DNA from: a virus
IMG/VR virus record: IMGVR_UViG_3300046804_004104
Span: 5,761 to 69,760 of that record
Length of the DNA: 64,000 nt
Strand: one strand, 5' to 3'
The translations under genes were made by a program, and so were the position numbers. Under the pieces are notes generated by a model. That model did not search any database and was not told the origin of the DNA. It was given only the letters and a program-made list of their open reading frames with translations. Shown here piece after piece: positions 12,501 to 21,900 of the stretch. Numbering within the stretch: the stretch's first letter is position 1; each line of letters begins with the position of its first letter.

Positions 12501-15500
12501 ACCAACAGAAAACTACGGAACTACTGATTGTGCTGATGTTAGATCTGCAATTGGAAACTATGTTGGAATTATAACCACTATTATTGGATTAGGTACTAAT
12601 TTTGCACCAACAATAATATACCCATCACTGACTAGAGGTGGATCTGTAGTTGGATTAACTACATTTAAGTTAAAAAATAAAGGAACTTCATTATTCAAAC
12701 ATGAATTTTCTTCTAGTAGTGTTGATATTCTTACGAATACATTTACAATTACAAATCATAATTTCCAATCCGGTCAAGAATTACTTTACAGTTATAGTGG
12801 AGGAACACCGATTGGAATTGCTACAACTTCATATGTTTCTGGAATTACTTCCACTTTATTAAGTGTTAATAATTTTGATGGAACTGCTGTTCTTGAAAAT
12901 GGATATTCCGTAGCGATATCTACAACAATAACTGGAGTGTCTACAGTATTAAGTCCTGTTGGCCCATCAACTAAACAGTATGTTCAGTGTATTGGATTAA
13001 CTACTACTGGAACTGACGCACAGTTTACCGTATCTATAAATTATAATGTATCAACCGGACAACCAATTTCAACATCAATATTGCCAACTAAAGGTGGTAG
13101 TGGTTATGTTGTTGGACAAACGGTTTCTATTGCTGGAACTTATATCGGAGGTACAACTCCTACTAATAATTTAACTTTTGTAATTTCTAAGACAGGTCCA
13201 ACTGTAATTTCTGGCCAGGCAAACCAAAGTTATTTGTTAGTTCCTTCCAATGATTTAAGTGGAGCTACTTTTAATGTTTCCAGAGATTCTTCTGGTGCAA
13301 TTAATTATGTTGCAGTTGTAAATGGTGGATCTGGTTATGCATCTACTTCAGTAATTTCAATCGCTGGAACTTATGTAGGTGGATCAACTTCAAATGATAT
13401 TTTGAGATTCAGACCATTAGAACTTGGTACTAGAGTTTTACCGAAATCTGTTTTTGTGTATAAGTTAAATGACAATCAATTTAAAGTATCTGGATTGTCA
13501 ACCAGTGTATTTTTTGACATTAGTGGTATTGGTTCTGGCTCTCATTATCTTGAATATAAAGAACCAAATGCAAGCATACTGGTTACTATTGATGGAATAA
13601 TCCAAAAAGCTTTAACTAGAAAATCTTTAAATGTTTCTTTAGCTTCTAGTGTTTCAACAGCATCAACGACAATACTAACTATTTCCTCAGGTATTTCATC
13701 ATTGAAAACTCGTGATATTATTAACATTGATGATGAACTTGTCTCTATCAAAAATATTGGCATAACTTCTTCCAATCAAATAGAAGTTATAAGGGGTTAT
13801 TTTGGTTCAGTTGCAACATCACATACTGTTGGTGCAGCCGCAACCATTTTATCAGGCAATTTTAATGTCGTTGGTGATGTAATCTATTTTGATACTGCTC
13901 CATACGGTAAAATTGGTCCAGTTGGATTAGAGACTGGATCTACTTTTAGTGGTAGAGCTTTCAGTAGAAAATTTGATCCAAGTACTCCAAATGATAAAAA
14001 CATTTTAATTGATGATTTATCTCCATCCTTTACTGGTATTGCTGCAACTGAATTCTCTATTACATCTAAAGGACAATCTACAGATACCTTGTTTAACACT
14101 GTTAATAATGTAACTTCAACCAGTAATAATCCAGTAATTTTAATTAATAATGTTTTCCAAGATCCTATAAATGATTTTACTATTGATGGTAGTGGAATAA
14201 ATGTAATTAAATTCTTGTCTGGAGTTCCAAAAGCTGGAAAAATATCAAAAGTTGCTGTATCAACTAGTTATGGATATGTTCCAAGAATTGGAGCAGCCGC
14301 TACAGTTGTTGTATCCGCATCAGGAACGATCAGTAGTGTAGTCTTAACAGGTGGAGGATCGGGATATAGATCGTCTCCAGTAGTTAGTATTGCATCAACA
14401 ATTGGCGCCGGCGCCAGTATTACAGCAACAGTAAGTGCTGCTGGGACTATTACTGGATTTACAATTGTAAACTCTGGGACTGGATATACCACAACTTCAC
14501 TTCCAAAAGTAGTTATTGGAATACCTACAGGATATAGTAATTTGAGTCTTGGATACACGGGAGGTACATCTGGAGTTGGTCAAGGTGCTAAACTCACAGT
14601 TGAAGTTGGTATGGGATCTAGTATCATATCTTATAAGTTTGATCAACCAGGAATAGGATATAAAGTTGGTGATAAACTTACACCAATTGGAATTCCAACT
14701 ACTTCATCACTTACAAGATTTGTTTTAACAGTTGAAGAAGTAGAAACGGATAGTTTCTCTGGATTTTACCCTGGACAATTTGTAAAATTTGATGATATTT
14801 CTCAATTCTTTAATGGATTTAGAAAGAAATTTACTCTTTCAACCACTATAAATGGAGTAAGACAAGTTTTGGGATTAAGAGTTCCATCCGGAACAAATTT
14901 GGATATAACTAATAATATTTTTATATACATAAATGATGTATTACAAGTTCCAAATACATCATATAAGTTTTCCGGAAGTAGGGTTATATTTACTGAAGCT
15001 CCTAAACCAGGATCAAAATGTTCTATTTTATACTATAGAGGATCATCAGTAGATGTGGAACTGGTTATTCCCCCACCAACAATTAAACAGGGAGATAAAG
15101 TAACTATCCAAGAAAATCCACTAGATCCTTTTGATATTTCTCAATTTGATAGAGTTGTTAAAAAAATTACCAGTTCAGATCAATTAGAAACATTTAATTA
15201 TTACTCAGTTGGAATTATAACTGATCCAACAAAGGTTCGACCATTAACTTGGCAAAAACAAATTAATGACACAGTAATTAGTGGTACATTATATTCCAAA
15301 TCAAGACCAAGCTTCCAAAGCAATGTAAAACCATCTGCAACTGTTATTAAAAAAATTCAACCAGATGATGAAGTAATATATGTTGATAACGCATATCCTC
15401 TATTTTCTGACTTAGATGGACTTTCTGAAGATATAAGTGATGTTTTAATTTTGGAAAATAAAATAATTGAACCTTGTTTAGCCGAAGCAGTAGTCTCAAC

Positions 15501-17298
15501 ATCATCAACTATTTCTTCTATTAATATAATCCAGGGTGGAGTTGGATTTGCTAATACCCAGTCACCAAAAGTTGTAATTTCAAAAACAGCTATTGTTAGA
15601 AAAGATCCAATTTTTAATTGGACTGGTGGAACAGGATTAACTACTTCATATGATTTGAAATCAATTAAGTATAAAAATAAATTTGTTGCTGTTGGAAGTA
15701 GCTCTATTCTTGTCACAAGTTCTGATGGAGTAAACTGGCAAGTAGGAACACTTGGTTTTGGTCAAACTTCAAACTTTAATTCAATTGAAGTTGTCGGTAT
15801 AGGTACAAGCAATCTTTTAGTTTCAGCCGGAAGTCTGGGTAAAATTGTTAAAGCAACAGATTATGGAACTACTATTTCTAGTTGGAACCAAATTCCAATA
15901 CAAGAGGATATTGTTGTTCTTGGTATAGGAGCAGTAGGAAGGGTAGGTAGTAGTTATACTGGAACATTTAATCAAATTGCATATTCTAGCGTTACAGACA
16001 CTTGGGTTGCTGTTGGAGCGGGTGGATCTATATTTGTTGGCGCTGGTGTAGCTACTGATGGATTTGTCAGTAGATACTCTGAAACTATATCAGATTTAAA
16101 TAGTGTAGTTTTTGGTGATGAATATTTTGTTGCAGTTGGAAATAATGGTACAATTAGAACTTCAAATAATGGAACTATATGGGAGTCTTCATCGTCTCCA
16201 GTACTTAATAATTTGAATAAAATCATTTATGCTAATGGAAAATTTATTGTAGTTGGAAATTCTGGAACAATTCTAAGATCTATAGATAGAAATTCATATC
16301 AATTTATTTCAAACAATCTTGGATCTGAAAACATAGTAAACATCTATTATAATTATGGTTTTTATATAGTCGTAACTTCATTAGGTGATATATACTATTC
16401 ATTTAACTTAAGCGATTGGATCTATAGAAGTACATTGCAATCAAAAGATATTAATGATTTAATATTCGTAAATAATGTTGGATCTGATGGTAGATATGTT
16501 GCCATAGGTGCAGGAGCCACTGCAATATATGCAGAACCAATTTCTAATAGAGCAACAGCAGTTTCTAGTATATCTGCAGGAGTTGTTACATCTATACAAA
16601 TAGTTAATCCTGGATTTGGATATGATATTAATAATCCACCTCCAGTATTAGTGGAAATTGATAGGTATCAGACTGAATTAGTTAAGTCATTTAAAGTAGA
16701 GGGGGATCATGGAGTAATTATTGGAATTACAACATACCTTGCCGGAACTCCTGGTATTGGAACAACTTCTCCAAAAATTTCATTTACCTTAAAATCGGAA
16801 CAATATGATAATAATACTTTAGGTGTTGGATATTCTTCATTAAATGTTTTTGGCATTACTAATAGTCAATTATCAAAAGGAGATTATTTTGTAATAACTG
16901 ATAGTAATGTTACAACAGGCGGAGATTTGGTTGGAATTACTACACTTCTTGGTGGTATGAGTAATTATCCAAATTCAAAAATTGGAATAGCAAAATCTTT
17001 TATAGACGGTGTTTATATCGTTGAAGATGTTACATCACCATCTGCAGGTATAGTAACAGTTACATGTAATTTTGCTCCTATGGTAGATAATTATGTAAAA
17101 GTCTATGGTAGAGGATCAAATAATAGTGGAATTAACACAAATAATTTTTATGGAAGATATAGTTGGGCTAAAATATATGATTATCAAAATAGAATTCTGG
17201 GAAATCCTCAAACTTTTGAAGTCTTTAATGATAACGGAATTACTGGAATATCTTCCTCTCCAAAAATTATCAGAACCAGAAGTATTATAAGCAAATAA
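3502..17298 (+). CDS. gp7: giant baseplate wedge initiator gp7-like protein (4598 aa, multi-domain)
   Basis: Lies between gp6 and gp8. Has SQIPEF..FLEQYY, KIKDLYSSKGT..SYKLLFKVLYG and DNFYYQKFSYSI...VHPSGFKEF motifs typical of cyanophage gp7-like proteins. Contains a YHYH-like domain, helical CxRD domains and propeller-like repeats. Confidence 0.85.
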   Translation: MSEIKRVKIGSIIESQIPEFLSTESPLLVEFLEQYYKSLEHQSGAIDIISNISKYKNTKKFNNIDLVKETTLTSDVLSFDQTINVTSTEGWPDSYGLLKINDEIITYTSKTDISFDNCIRGFSGIENLRALDNPEFAVFSSTQSSEHSSGDIVKNLSNLFLIEFFEKFKYEFLPGFESRDFYENISIENISYKIKDLYSSKGTDQSYKLLFKVLYGSDIEIIKPQEFTLSPSSNSYFITKNILVEKISGGNPIDIKGNFLFQNISGIGTVSASIFNVEYRPVANKNFYEVSLDSTSFSGSFEVSGKTRILEDVSVNSNSILVDSTVGFANSGSLLVKPKNSDYISINYSGKTVNQFTGVTNVIKPLDFGLDLVEEKFAFSYVGTGNTSKVEFRVVNVIDNIDFSKTSNLRVGDTISLSGFGRDLFNQYEFNSWIYNLPTNHNINIISQVDATKYRIELFDKIYFYNQEPILLVNLAGDTLEVKVISIEYSPSDVIKKYSKNILVQVVNSGSFNVLNSVGIRKKIYKANHYNNYFDNINNIPSGVQNTYIDAEEKYFYVTSSGLPNYTIFSTDNKKTVTTNVGVSITDTFNVSEHNFLSGELVYYQPETSSGILTGLYYATKIDNNKLKLSYSKSDVFSKKYVQTTSSVTNDILYKSGYQNKTLNHQKLLKKFAFNRIKATFDDLNKRTTFNREIGLLINGVELLSPTLFDENIYYGGITSIDVTNVGEDYDVIDVPPLEIKDDSGTGVKAHVNLSGTVREVKILNAGYGYQEKPKITIKGGNGKNCVLESNFVNTQVSVGFKADLNVTPASNTIQFLNSIPFEDGEEIIYDSNKNSNLPGIINSSTYFVGILTDNKIKLFNSRIDALQKTNEIDIVGVSSGFHFIRTLKNKNTFTKIYVKNPGEGYSNRKVKVPSILSGDNRTSGINTFDSYIFAKNHGFSNEDYVIYNSSNTAISGLSSSIYYKVKIIDDNKFRLYEAGVSTNLSNENYFKNKFVKFNSLGIGTHTIEYPPIEIHVESKSAIGSTTIIQTELKPIVLGSIQDVYVEDGGVGYGCTNIINYHRRPNTGISSIKSEAILKPIIIDGSIVDVQIIGRGDGFRSNSEIIVSGEGNYAQLEPIVENGKLMAVNIVFGGVGYNPSNTILTLKNRGRNAKFLANVNEWKINQVLKSKNIINNEDDGILHVSKNPELGLQFINFYVPKNLRYQLTDNFGDDNKENTGILNHSPILGYAYDGNPIYGPYAYNTTTGGFIRRMNSSYVLNVDLTPGKRPPLFENGFFINDYIYDGSGDLDQHNGRFAITPEYPNGVYAYFATIDVNASNESVPKYPYVVGSYFYNNPVEENFLPAFNQNFDIFGTNLTRNVGPYYLNATNSYYELIDKVQPEYKQEFTITSINSGKIEDISIFSSGDNYKVNDPVEVDITDTDGIQSNIVVSELDGREISDFSLIGETINNLEFFVKIPNTTVTTSSPHGLTNGQPVLISGISTITASQFEGIQYAQVNTKESQLMENVDDVSITGISTFIKVKDINGFKVNDFIGIGTEVLLITNVDSKRSGFYVNRLQNTGIHTVGIDNVILLPREFKIPTKDVKNYTFQNYTTFFDPRFSVGIGTSGSTRTIVGLGTTSFETRFIPPRSIYLPGHKFYTGQPLIYNSGSGVAGTSLYVNNVGSGVSFKLQDNQIVYAVNLGKDYVGLSTIGFTSSIGIGTNNNSLEFWNQEKAYGVIGAAHSLTTLNPRITGNLQKTLGVVTTTSNHNLQVNDIIKFNVSTDYNEVIKVIFDPVNRKILMREIAFSTSDVSVSDNSIDLSSYDGNVETGDKVVYISQVPIGGLSNYGIYYVSKTSYDSIRLCQYRSDLEESNFIDFSSSGSGQHKLYFINPQIGCIRTTKIEFDLSDLSLLNLNLQFYYDVNFIERINERSGFFVSRSGIPGNAGSKVILDLSEQFFPIYYQFLPQGSSEESKKQISTDFDVISNNKISIINHQLNDKFVVTTTPSNKTFTFDNNKKLTEIEKQILNQNLTTFSYKTTSTNALGPISKLKINFSGRGYKKLPIVKRVKSDLGTNAVVKVISPTIGRVETFDRVKDGFDYPTDPTLSPSLSVPTIIGVKDIRTIDYIGIVTGGRRYNSSPKLIVKNDTNGIELNSNIAGGSIVSVDVTKNSTSISKPLEIISIHNSNGYEIDSISVVGNLVTLELTNNPASNNPFIPSGFGKNDYVYPFVIGDKIFIENCRLTSATSGLANYNSDAYDYAFFDVVGVNTTNNTITYDMTGISTGSFGTYDDDFNLGIVINKNDMPIFDMILKDDVNYVSNEKISSSKFSGLIMENGWDGTLNQMRLKNISGEINVGDKIFGEISRINGTVEYFDVFNLYATLGVSRDKTSSIDFTSGILNDYSQRISDNFYYQKFSYSIRGNIPYNIWRESVRSIVHPSGFKEFSDLEVFTEPTLESVNVGIAKSTNMKPKLVTSDSSTLLNVDSKVMFSEKKNFAKVYEEEVLTDGSTQNIFFDGGIDLSSYIVNKTNKVIEIDDISDQFDGTSEQYLQGRFADASDLLDLNREFIQEEVVAFVEYNYPNIGLSTTYNQTKCKRDVGYIVDAISHDIKYNSNSKSVEAGLYYWNAGVSYVTNETEETLFAYNYVKFLSQYIINNQSPPTLYQSSVDQQFNFALIPDPLNPDVNRYKDSRNLILANKKEILDKSLASVAIGFSDFYFPGDTQTNARSRYYDGYRLIQQNRTEIIDTAWSNTLVVYPGISTTISKCKRDLGYFVDAVSTDVFTGGNNYSREFVLQYFNNGFPISNGLVGEEAESIYAFCQARDLMRSAVRNGLTIKDLTITAGPANYGVGTTVGITSTAACTDVQVNIVSLVGIVTAVISAGTTAGLPSLNVGTYTTGGNKCYRDLGYIVDAVAQDLAYGTNQHIVYSTKKYFTGVGAALTTGLLGEESQSVYAFESAKEYIKKAITNQLNVKDLTITADPITGFNTSPSSCSDVQTNVNTLVGILTVAIGSSSLSGIPTENYGTTDCADVRSAIGNYVGIITTIIGLGTNFAPTIIYPSLTRGGSVVGLTTFKLKNKGTSLFKHEFSSSSVDILTNTFTITNHNFQSGQELLYSYSGGTPIGIATTSYVSGITSTLLSVNNFDGTAVLENGYSVAISTTITGVSTVLSPVGPSTKQYVQCIGLTTTGTDAQFTVSINYNVSTGQPISTSILPTKGGSGYVVGQTVSIAGTYIGGTTPTNNLTFVISKTGPTVISGQANQSYLLVPSNDLSGATFNVSRDSSGAINYVAVVNGGSGYASTSVISIAGTYVGGSTSNDILRFRPLELGTRVLPKSVFVYKLNDNQFKVSGLSTSVFFDISGIGSGSHYLEYKEPNASILVTIDGIIQKALTRKSLNVSLASSVSTASTTILTISSGISSLKTRDIINIDDELVSIKNIGITSSNQIEVIRGYFGSVATSHTVGAAATILSGNFNVVGDVIYFDTAPYGKIGPVGLETGSTFSGRAFSRKFDPSTPNDKNILIDDLSPSFTGIAATEFSITSKGQSTDTLFNTVNNVTSTSNNPVILINNVFQDPINDFTIDGSGINVIKFLSGVPKAGKISKVAVSTSYGYVPRIGAAATVVVSASGTISSVVLTGGGSGYRSSPVVSIASTIGAGASITATVSAAGTITGFTIVNSGTGYTTTSLPKVVIGIPTGYSNLSLGYTGGTSGVGQGAKLTVEVGMGSSIISYKFDQPGIGYKVGDKLTPIGIPTTSSLTRFVLTVEEVETDSFSGFYPGQFVKFDDISQFFNGFRKKFTLSTTINGVRQVLGLRVPSGTNLDITNNIFIYINDVLQVPNTSYKFSGSRVIFTEAPKPGSKCSILYYRGSSVDVELVIPPPTIKQGDKVTIQENPLDPFDISQFDRVVKKITSSDQLETFNYYSVGIITDPTKVRPLTWQKQINDTVISGTLYSKSRPSFQSNVKPSATVIKKIQPDDEVIYVDNAYPLFSDLDGLSEDISDVLILENKIIEPCLAEAVVSTSSTISSINIIQGGVGFANTQSPKVVISKTAIVRKDPIFNWTGGTGLTTSYDLKSIKYKNKFVAVGSSSILVTSSDGVNWQVGTLGFGQTSNFNSIEVVGIGTSNLLVSAGSLGKIVKATDYGTTISSWNQIPIQEDIVVLGIGAVGRVGSSYTGTFNQIAYSSVTDTWVAVGAGGSIFVGAGVATDGFVSRYSETISDLNSVVFGDEYFVAVGNNGTIRTSNNGTIWESSSSPVLNNLNKIIYANGKFIVVGNSGTILRSIDRNSYQFISNNLGSENIVNIYYNYGFYIVVTSLGDIYYSFNLSDWIYRSTLQSKDINDLIFVNNVGSDGRYVAIGAGATAIYAEPISNRATAVSSISAGVVTSIQIVNPGFGYDINNPPPVLVEIDRYQTELVKSFKVEGDHGVIIGITTYLAGTPGIGTTSPKISFTLKSEQYDNNTLGVGYSSLNVFGITNSQLSKGDYFVITDSNVTTGGDLVGITTLLGGMSNYPNSKIGIAKSFIDGVYIVEDVTSPSAGIVTVTCNFAPMVDNYVKVYGRGSNNSGINTNNFYGRYSWAKIYDYQNRILGNPQTFEVFNDNGITGISSSPKIIRTRSIISK
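11101..12624 (+). other. three nested phycobiliprotein-like helical domains inside gp7
   Basis: KCKRDVGYIVDAI (Cys codon 11227), KCKRDLGYFVDAV (11743) and KCYRDLGYIVDAV (12151), plus three terminal helices C.DV...I..LVGI.T (Cys 12028, 12421, 12529). Confidence 0.6.
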
Positions 17299-17304
17299 AA
17301 GGTA

Positions 17305-17312
17305 ACTAAATA
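17305..17312 (+). promoter_or_regulatory. late promoter variant ACTAAATA
   Basis: In the gp7-gp8 gap, 19 nt before the gp8 ATG. Confidence 0.55.
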
Positions 17313-17331
17313 AAAAAAAGTATGTTCTAAA

Positions 17332-18927
17332 ATGCCAGCCATAATATCAGATCAATTTAGGGTTTTAAATGCAGAAAACTTTGTAAAGAGTGTTTCTGGT
17401 GCCGGTGACACCTCGAATAAGTACTATACTTTTATTGGATTACCAAATAGCACTAATCCTGCTTCTGGTGGATCTCCAACTTGGAGTTCAAATACACCTT
17501 CTCCAGTAGATGGATTTAAAGAAGAATATCAAGTTAAAGAAAGTATTATATCTCTTAAACAAATTACAAGTCAGGATGTAAGAAGACTTGTTAGAAAAGT
17601 AACTTGGGTAGCCGGAAATACTTATGAAATGTACAGACATGACTATAATGTATATAATGTGACCCCAGTAACTTCTCAAACCAGTTTGTATGAAGCTAAT
17701 TACTATGTAATAAATGAAGATCTGAGAGTTTATGTTTGTTTGCAAAATGGAACAGATCCAGAAAACCCAAAAGGAAGGCCTTCTTTTGATCAACCTACAT
17801 TTATTGATTTAGAACCACGAGCCGCTGGATCTAGTGGTGATGGTTATGTCTGGAAATACTTGTATACTATTAAGCCTTCGGAAATTGTTAAATTCGACTC
17901 CATCGAATATATACCAGTACCAGAAGATTGGGGAAATACTGGAGAATCAATTTCCACAAAAAATAATTCTGTGGACGGTAAAATTGAAGTTATTTTAATT
18001 AATAATAGAGGATCTAACTATCAACCAATTTCTACATCTTTTTCAAATGTTCCTATATTGGGAGATGGGACTGGTGGTAAAGCCACAATTACAATTGATT
18101 CTTTTGGTAAAGTATCTGAAATATTTGTTACCGATGGTGGAAAAGGATATACATATGGAACAATACAATTTTATCCTGGAGCTCCTGGATCTGAAATAAC
18201 AGGACCATTGAAACAATTAAGTAATACTGGAATTGGTACAACTTCTATAGCATCCTTTAATGTTGTTATTCCACCAAAAGGTGGTCATGGATATGATGTT
18301 TATAGAGAACTTGGTGCATATAAAGTTTTACTATATTCTAGATATGAAACTTTGGAAAGTAATCCAGATATTATTTTAGGAAATGATTTTGCTAGGGTAG
18401 GAATAATTAAAAATCCTACAATAGTTGGTAGTGATGTTCAATTATTAGATACATCTGTAGTTAGTGGATTAAATGCTTTAAAATTAGCTGGAGTAACTAC
18501 AAATACGACATACGCTGTAGACTCTGTAATAAAACAAACTGTTGGTTTAGGATCAACTGCAATTGGATTTGTGGCTTCTTGGGATCCCATAACTGGGGTA
18601 TTAAAATACTATCAACCAACTGGATTAGCTTCAAGTGAAACAGGATTTAAAATCATTCCATTCACTTCTAATCCAGATGTGGGTTATGGATTAACAATTA
18701 ATTGTTCTACAATTGTAGGACCAACATTATCGATTAATTCTAGTTTCAGTGGCGTAACTACCACAATAAATAATAGAATATACCAACTAGGTCAACAATT
18801 TGTATCTGGCATTTCTTCTGCTGAATACAATAAAAAATCTGGGGATATAATTTACTTGGACAATAGGCAACCTATCCCAAGATCTGCCAATCAAAAGGAA
18901 GACATTAAAATTGTATTGGAGTTCTAA
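17332..18927 (+). CDS. gp8: baseplate wedge protein gp8
   Basis: MPAIISDQFRVLNAENF, W..G.TYEMYRHDY, YYVINEDLRVYVCLQNG, DGYVWKYLYTI and SGDIIYLDNR.PI.R...QKEDIKIVLEF motifs. Confidence 0.93.
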   Translation: MPAIISDQFRVLNAENFVKSVSGAGDTSNKYYTFIGLPNSTNPASGGSPTWSSNTPSPVDGFKEEYQVKESIISLKQITSQDVRRLVRKVTWVAGNTYEMYRHDYNVYNVTPVTSQTSLYEANYYVINEDLRVYVCLQNGTDPENPKGRPSFDQPTFIDLEPRAAGSSGDGYVWKYLYTIKPSEIVKFDSIEYIPVPEDWGNTGESISTKNNSVDGKIEVILINNRGSNYQPISTSFSNVPILGDGTGGKATITIDSFGKVSEIFVTDGGKGYTYGTIQFYPGAPGSEITGPLKQLSNTGIGTTSIASFNVVIPPKGGHGYDVYRELGAYKVLLYSRYETLESNPDIILGNDFARVGIIKNPTIVGSDVQLLDTSVVSGLNALKLAGVTTNTTYAVDSVIKQTVGLGSTAIGFVASWDPITGVLKYYQPTGLASSETGFKIIPFTSNPDVGYGLTINCSTIVGPTLSINSSFSGVTTTINNRIYQLGQQFVSGISSAEYNKKSGDIIYLDNRQPIPRSANQKEDIKIVLEF

Positions 18928-18932
18928 TAAAA

Positions 18933-21900
18933 ATGGCACAAAATACCAACTTAAACACCTCTCCATATTTTGATGATTTTGATCCCACAAGAAATTATCA
19001 GAGGGTTTTATTTAAGCCAGGGACTCCAATTCAAGCAAGAGAATTAACAACACTTCAATCAATTTTACAAAATCAAGTTGAAAAATTTGGTAAGCATTTT
19101 TTCAAAGAAGGACAAGTAGTAATTCCGGGAAATGTTGCTTATGATTCAGAATATACTTGTGTCCAAATTGATCCAACTCATTTGGGTATTCCAGTATCTG
19201 TTTATCTGGATTATTTGGTAGGCAAAAGAATAAAAGGTGAAACTAGCGGTGTTTTTGCTAAAGTTGAAAGATATATTACTAGTGAAGAGTCTGAAAATGA
19301 TAATAATACTTTGTATATAAAATATCAAAGTTCTAGTGAAACTGATTTTACGAATAGCAAATTTGTAAACGGAGAGAATCTTCTTGTACTGGAAAATATA
19401 GACTATGGTTCTGGAGTTATTCGATTAGAGTCATCATTTGCTACTACGATTATTTCAAACTCTACAGCTACTGGATCTGCTATTAAAATAGAAGAAGGTG
19501 TCTATTTTATAAGAGGATTTTTTGTAGATGTTTTTCCACAAACTGTAATATTGGATCAATATAACAATTTACCTTCATATAGAGTTGGATTATCTATTTT
19601 TGAGGATATTGCTGTACCATCTCAGGCCAATGTAGATCTTTTTGATAATGCAAGGGGATTTTCAAATTTTGCTGCACCAGGGGCAGATAGACTTAGAATT
19701 GTAGCTACTTTAATAAAAAAATCTATAGATGATTTTAATGATGAAAATTTTGTAGAATTGTTAAGAATCGAAAATGGAATTATTAAAAAAGTTCCTAAAA
19801 AACAAGATACAGTTTCCTTAATAAATGATGAATTAGCTAGAAGAACTAATGATGAATCTGGAGATTATTATGTAAAACCTTTTAGTATAATTGCAAAAGA
19901 ATCTTTGAATAACAAAATAGGAAATAATGGAGTATATAATCCAGGACAATTAACAAAACAAGGAAATACTCCATCAGATGACCTACTTACATTACAAATT
20001 TCTCCAGGAAAAGCTTATGTAAAGGGATATGAAGTAGAAACTCTCATAACAGTAAATGCAGATCTAGAAAAACCAAGAACAACCGAAACAGTTAAAGATA
20101 TTACTGTTCCTTTTAGTTTAGGTAATCAAGTAGAACTTAACAATGTTTATGGAACTCTTCCCGTAGGATTTGGTACAACTAGTCAAGTAACTTTATATTC
20201 AAATAGAACTGTTACCCCCGGTCTTCCTTCTGGAATTCCAATAGGTGTAGGTAGAGTTTATGATTTAAAATTAAAAAATGCTGGATATGCAAATGCTTCC
20301 ACCGTTTTTGAAGCCTCAGCATATGATTTGCAAACATACACATATTTGCAGTTAAATGCAACAATAACCTTATCTAGACCAGCATTTGTAGAAGGAAAAA
20401 ATAGTTCTGCTTCTGGATTTTTAGCAGTAAGTGCAACAAATACACGACAATTGGTATTATATCAAACTGTAGGAACTTTTACAGTTGGAGAACAATTAAA
20501 GGTTGATGGTCAAGATATTTCGAGAACAGTTACTGCAGTTAGAGATTATAATTTAGGAGATATTAGACAAGTAGTTGGATATGTTGGTACTACAACAACA
20601 TTTACTGCAGATACAGTAATTTCTAATCCAATTCCTCTCGCTCCACAAGGTACTAGTTTTACCATTTCTGCAGGATCTGGAGGAATAAGTACCGTAACAA
20701 CATCATCTTCTACATTTGGAGTGGGAATTAATACCGGAGATATTTTTGTTTATACAAAATCTGGACAAATTTTACCAACATATAACAGGGTAACTTCAGT
20801 AAATACTTCAGCAAAATCTATTACTGTTGAAGCAACTACAAATGTTTCTGGAGTTAATAGTGGTGGGTTGCCCACAAGTACAACAACACTTAATGATATA
20901 TTAAAAGGAACTTCTGCATTACTAAATCCTAGAGATTCATTTTTCTTTGTAGAATTACAAAATTCAAACATTTCAAATGTCGATATTTCTGATGGTGAGA
21001 TAGTATATAGAAAATCATATTCAGTAACTGTTGCATCAAATGGATTAACTGCAACTTTAGAAAGCGATACCAATATTAGTTTAGAACCCTTTGATGAAGA
21101 AGATTATTCACTAGTTTATAGTGATGGTACTATTGAACCTTTAACTTCCGGTCAATTCACAATTACTGCTGCAAGGACTTTAACTTTAGTAAATCTAAGT
21201 AAAAATGGTGCAGCTACACTAACAGCAACTCTAAGAAGACGAAGATTAAAATCTAGAAAGAAAATTTATAATAGATGTGGAGTGTTGGATATTAGAAGTT
21301 CTAGTAGTTCTTCTTCTGGAATAGGTAGTACAACTTTAAATGATGGTTTAACTTATAGTCAATATTACGGTACGAGAGTCCAAGACCAAAGAATTTCATT
21401 AAATATTCCTGATGTAATTTTTGTTTCTGGAGTTTTTGAATCTTCGGATACAAATGATGCGGATTTGCCAAAATTGGAAGTTGTTAATTTAAACGCAAAT
21501 ATTTTAAATGCAGTAAAAGGCGAAATGATTTATGGAGAAACAAGCAATGCAATGGCAATGTTTGTTGCAACCAATGGCACAAACCAATTAGAATTTGTTT
21601 ATGCTAATGAAAATACTTTTATTAAGGGTGAAAGAATTCTATTCGGTGAATCTAATATTACGGCAGAGATAAATTTACTAATAGAGGGTGATAGAAATAT
21701 AGTATCCGATTTTACTTTTGATAGTGGTCAAAGATTGGAAATAGCTGACTATTCATCCATAAGAAGAAAATCTGGTGTCAGTGCGCCAACAAAAAGATTA
21801 AAAATTGTGTATAACAGTTATTACATTGATGCAAATGACGACGGCAATTTTGTAACTGTCAATTCATATGATCGTGAGAGATATTCCACAGAGTTGCCTG

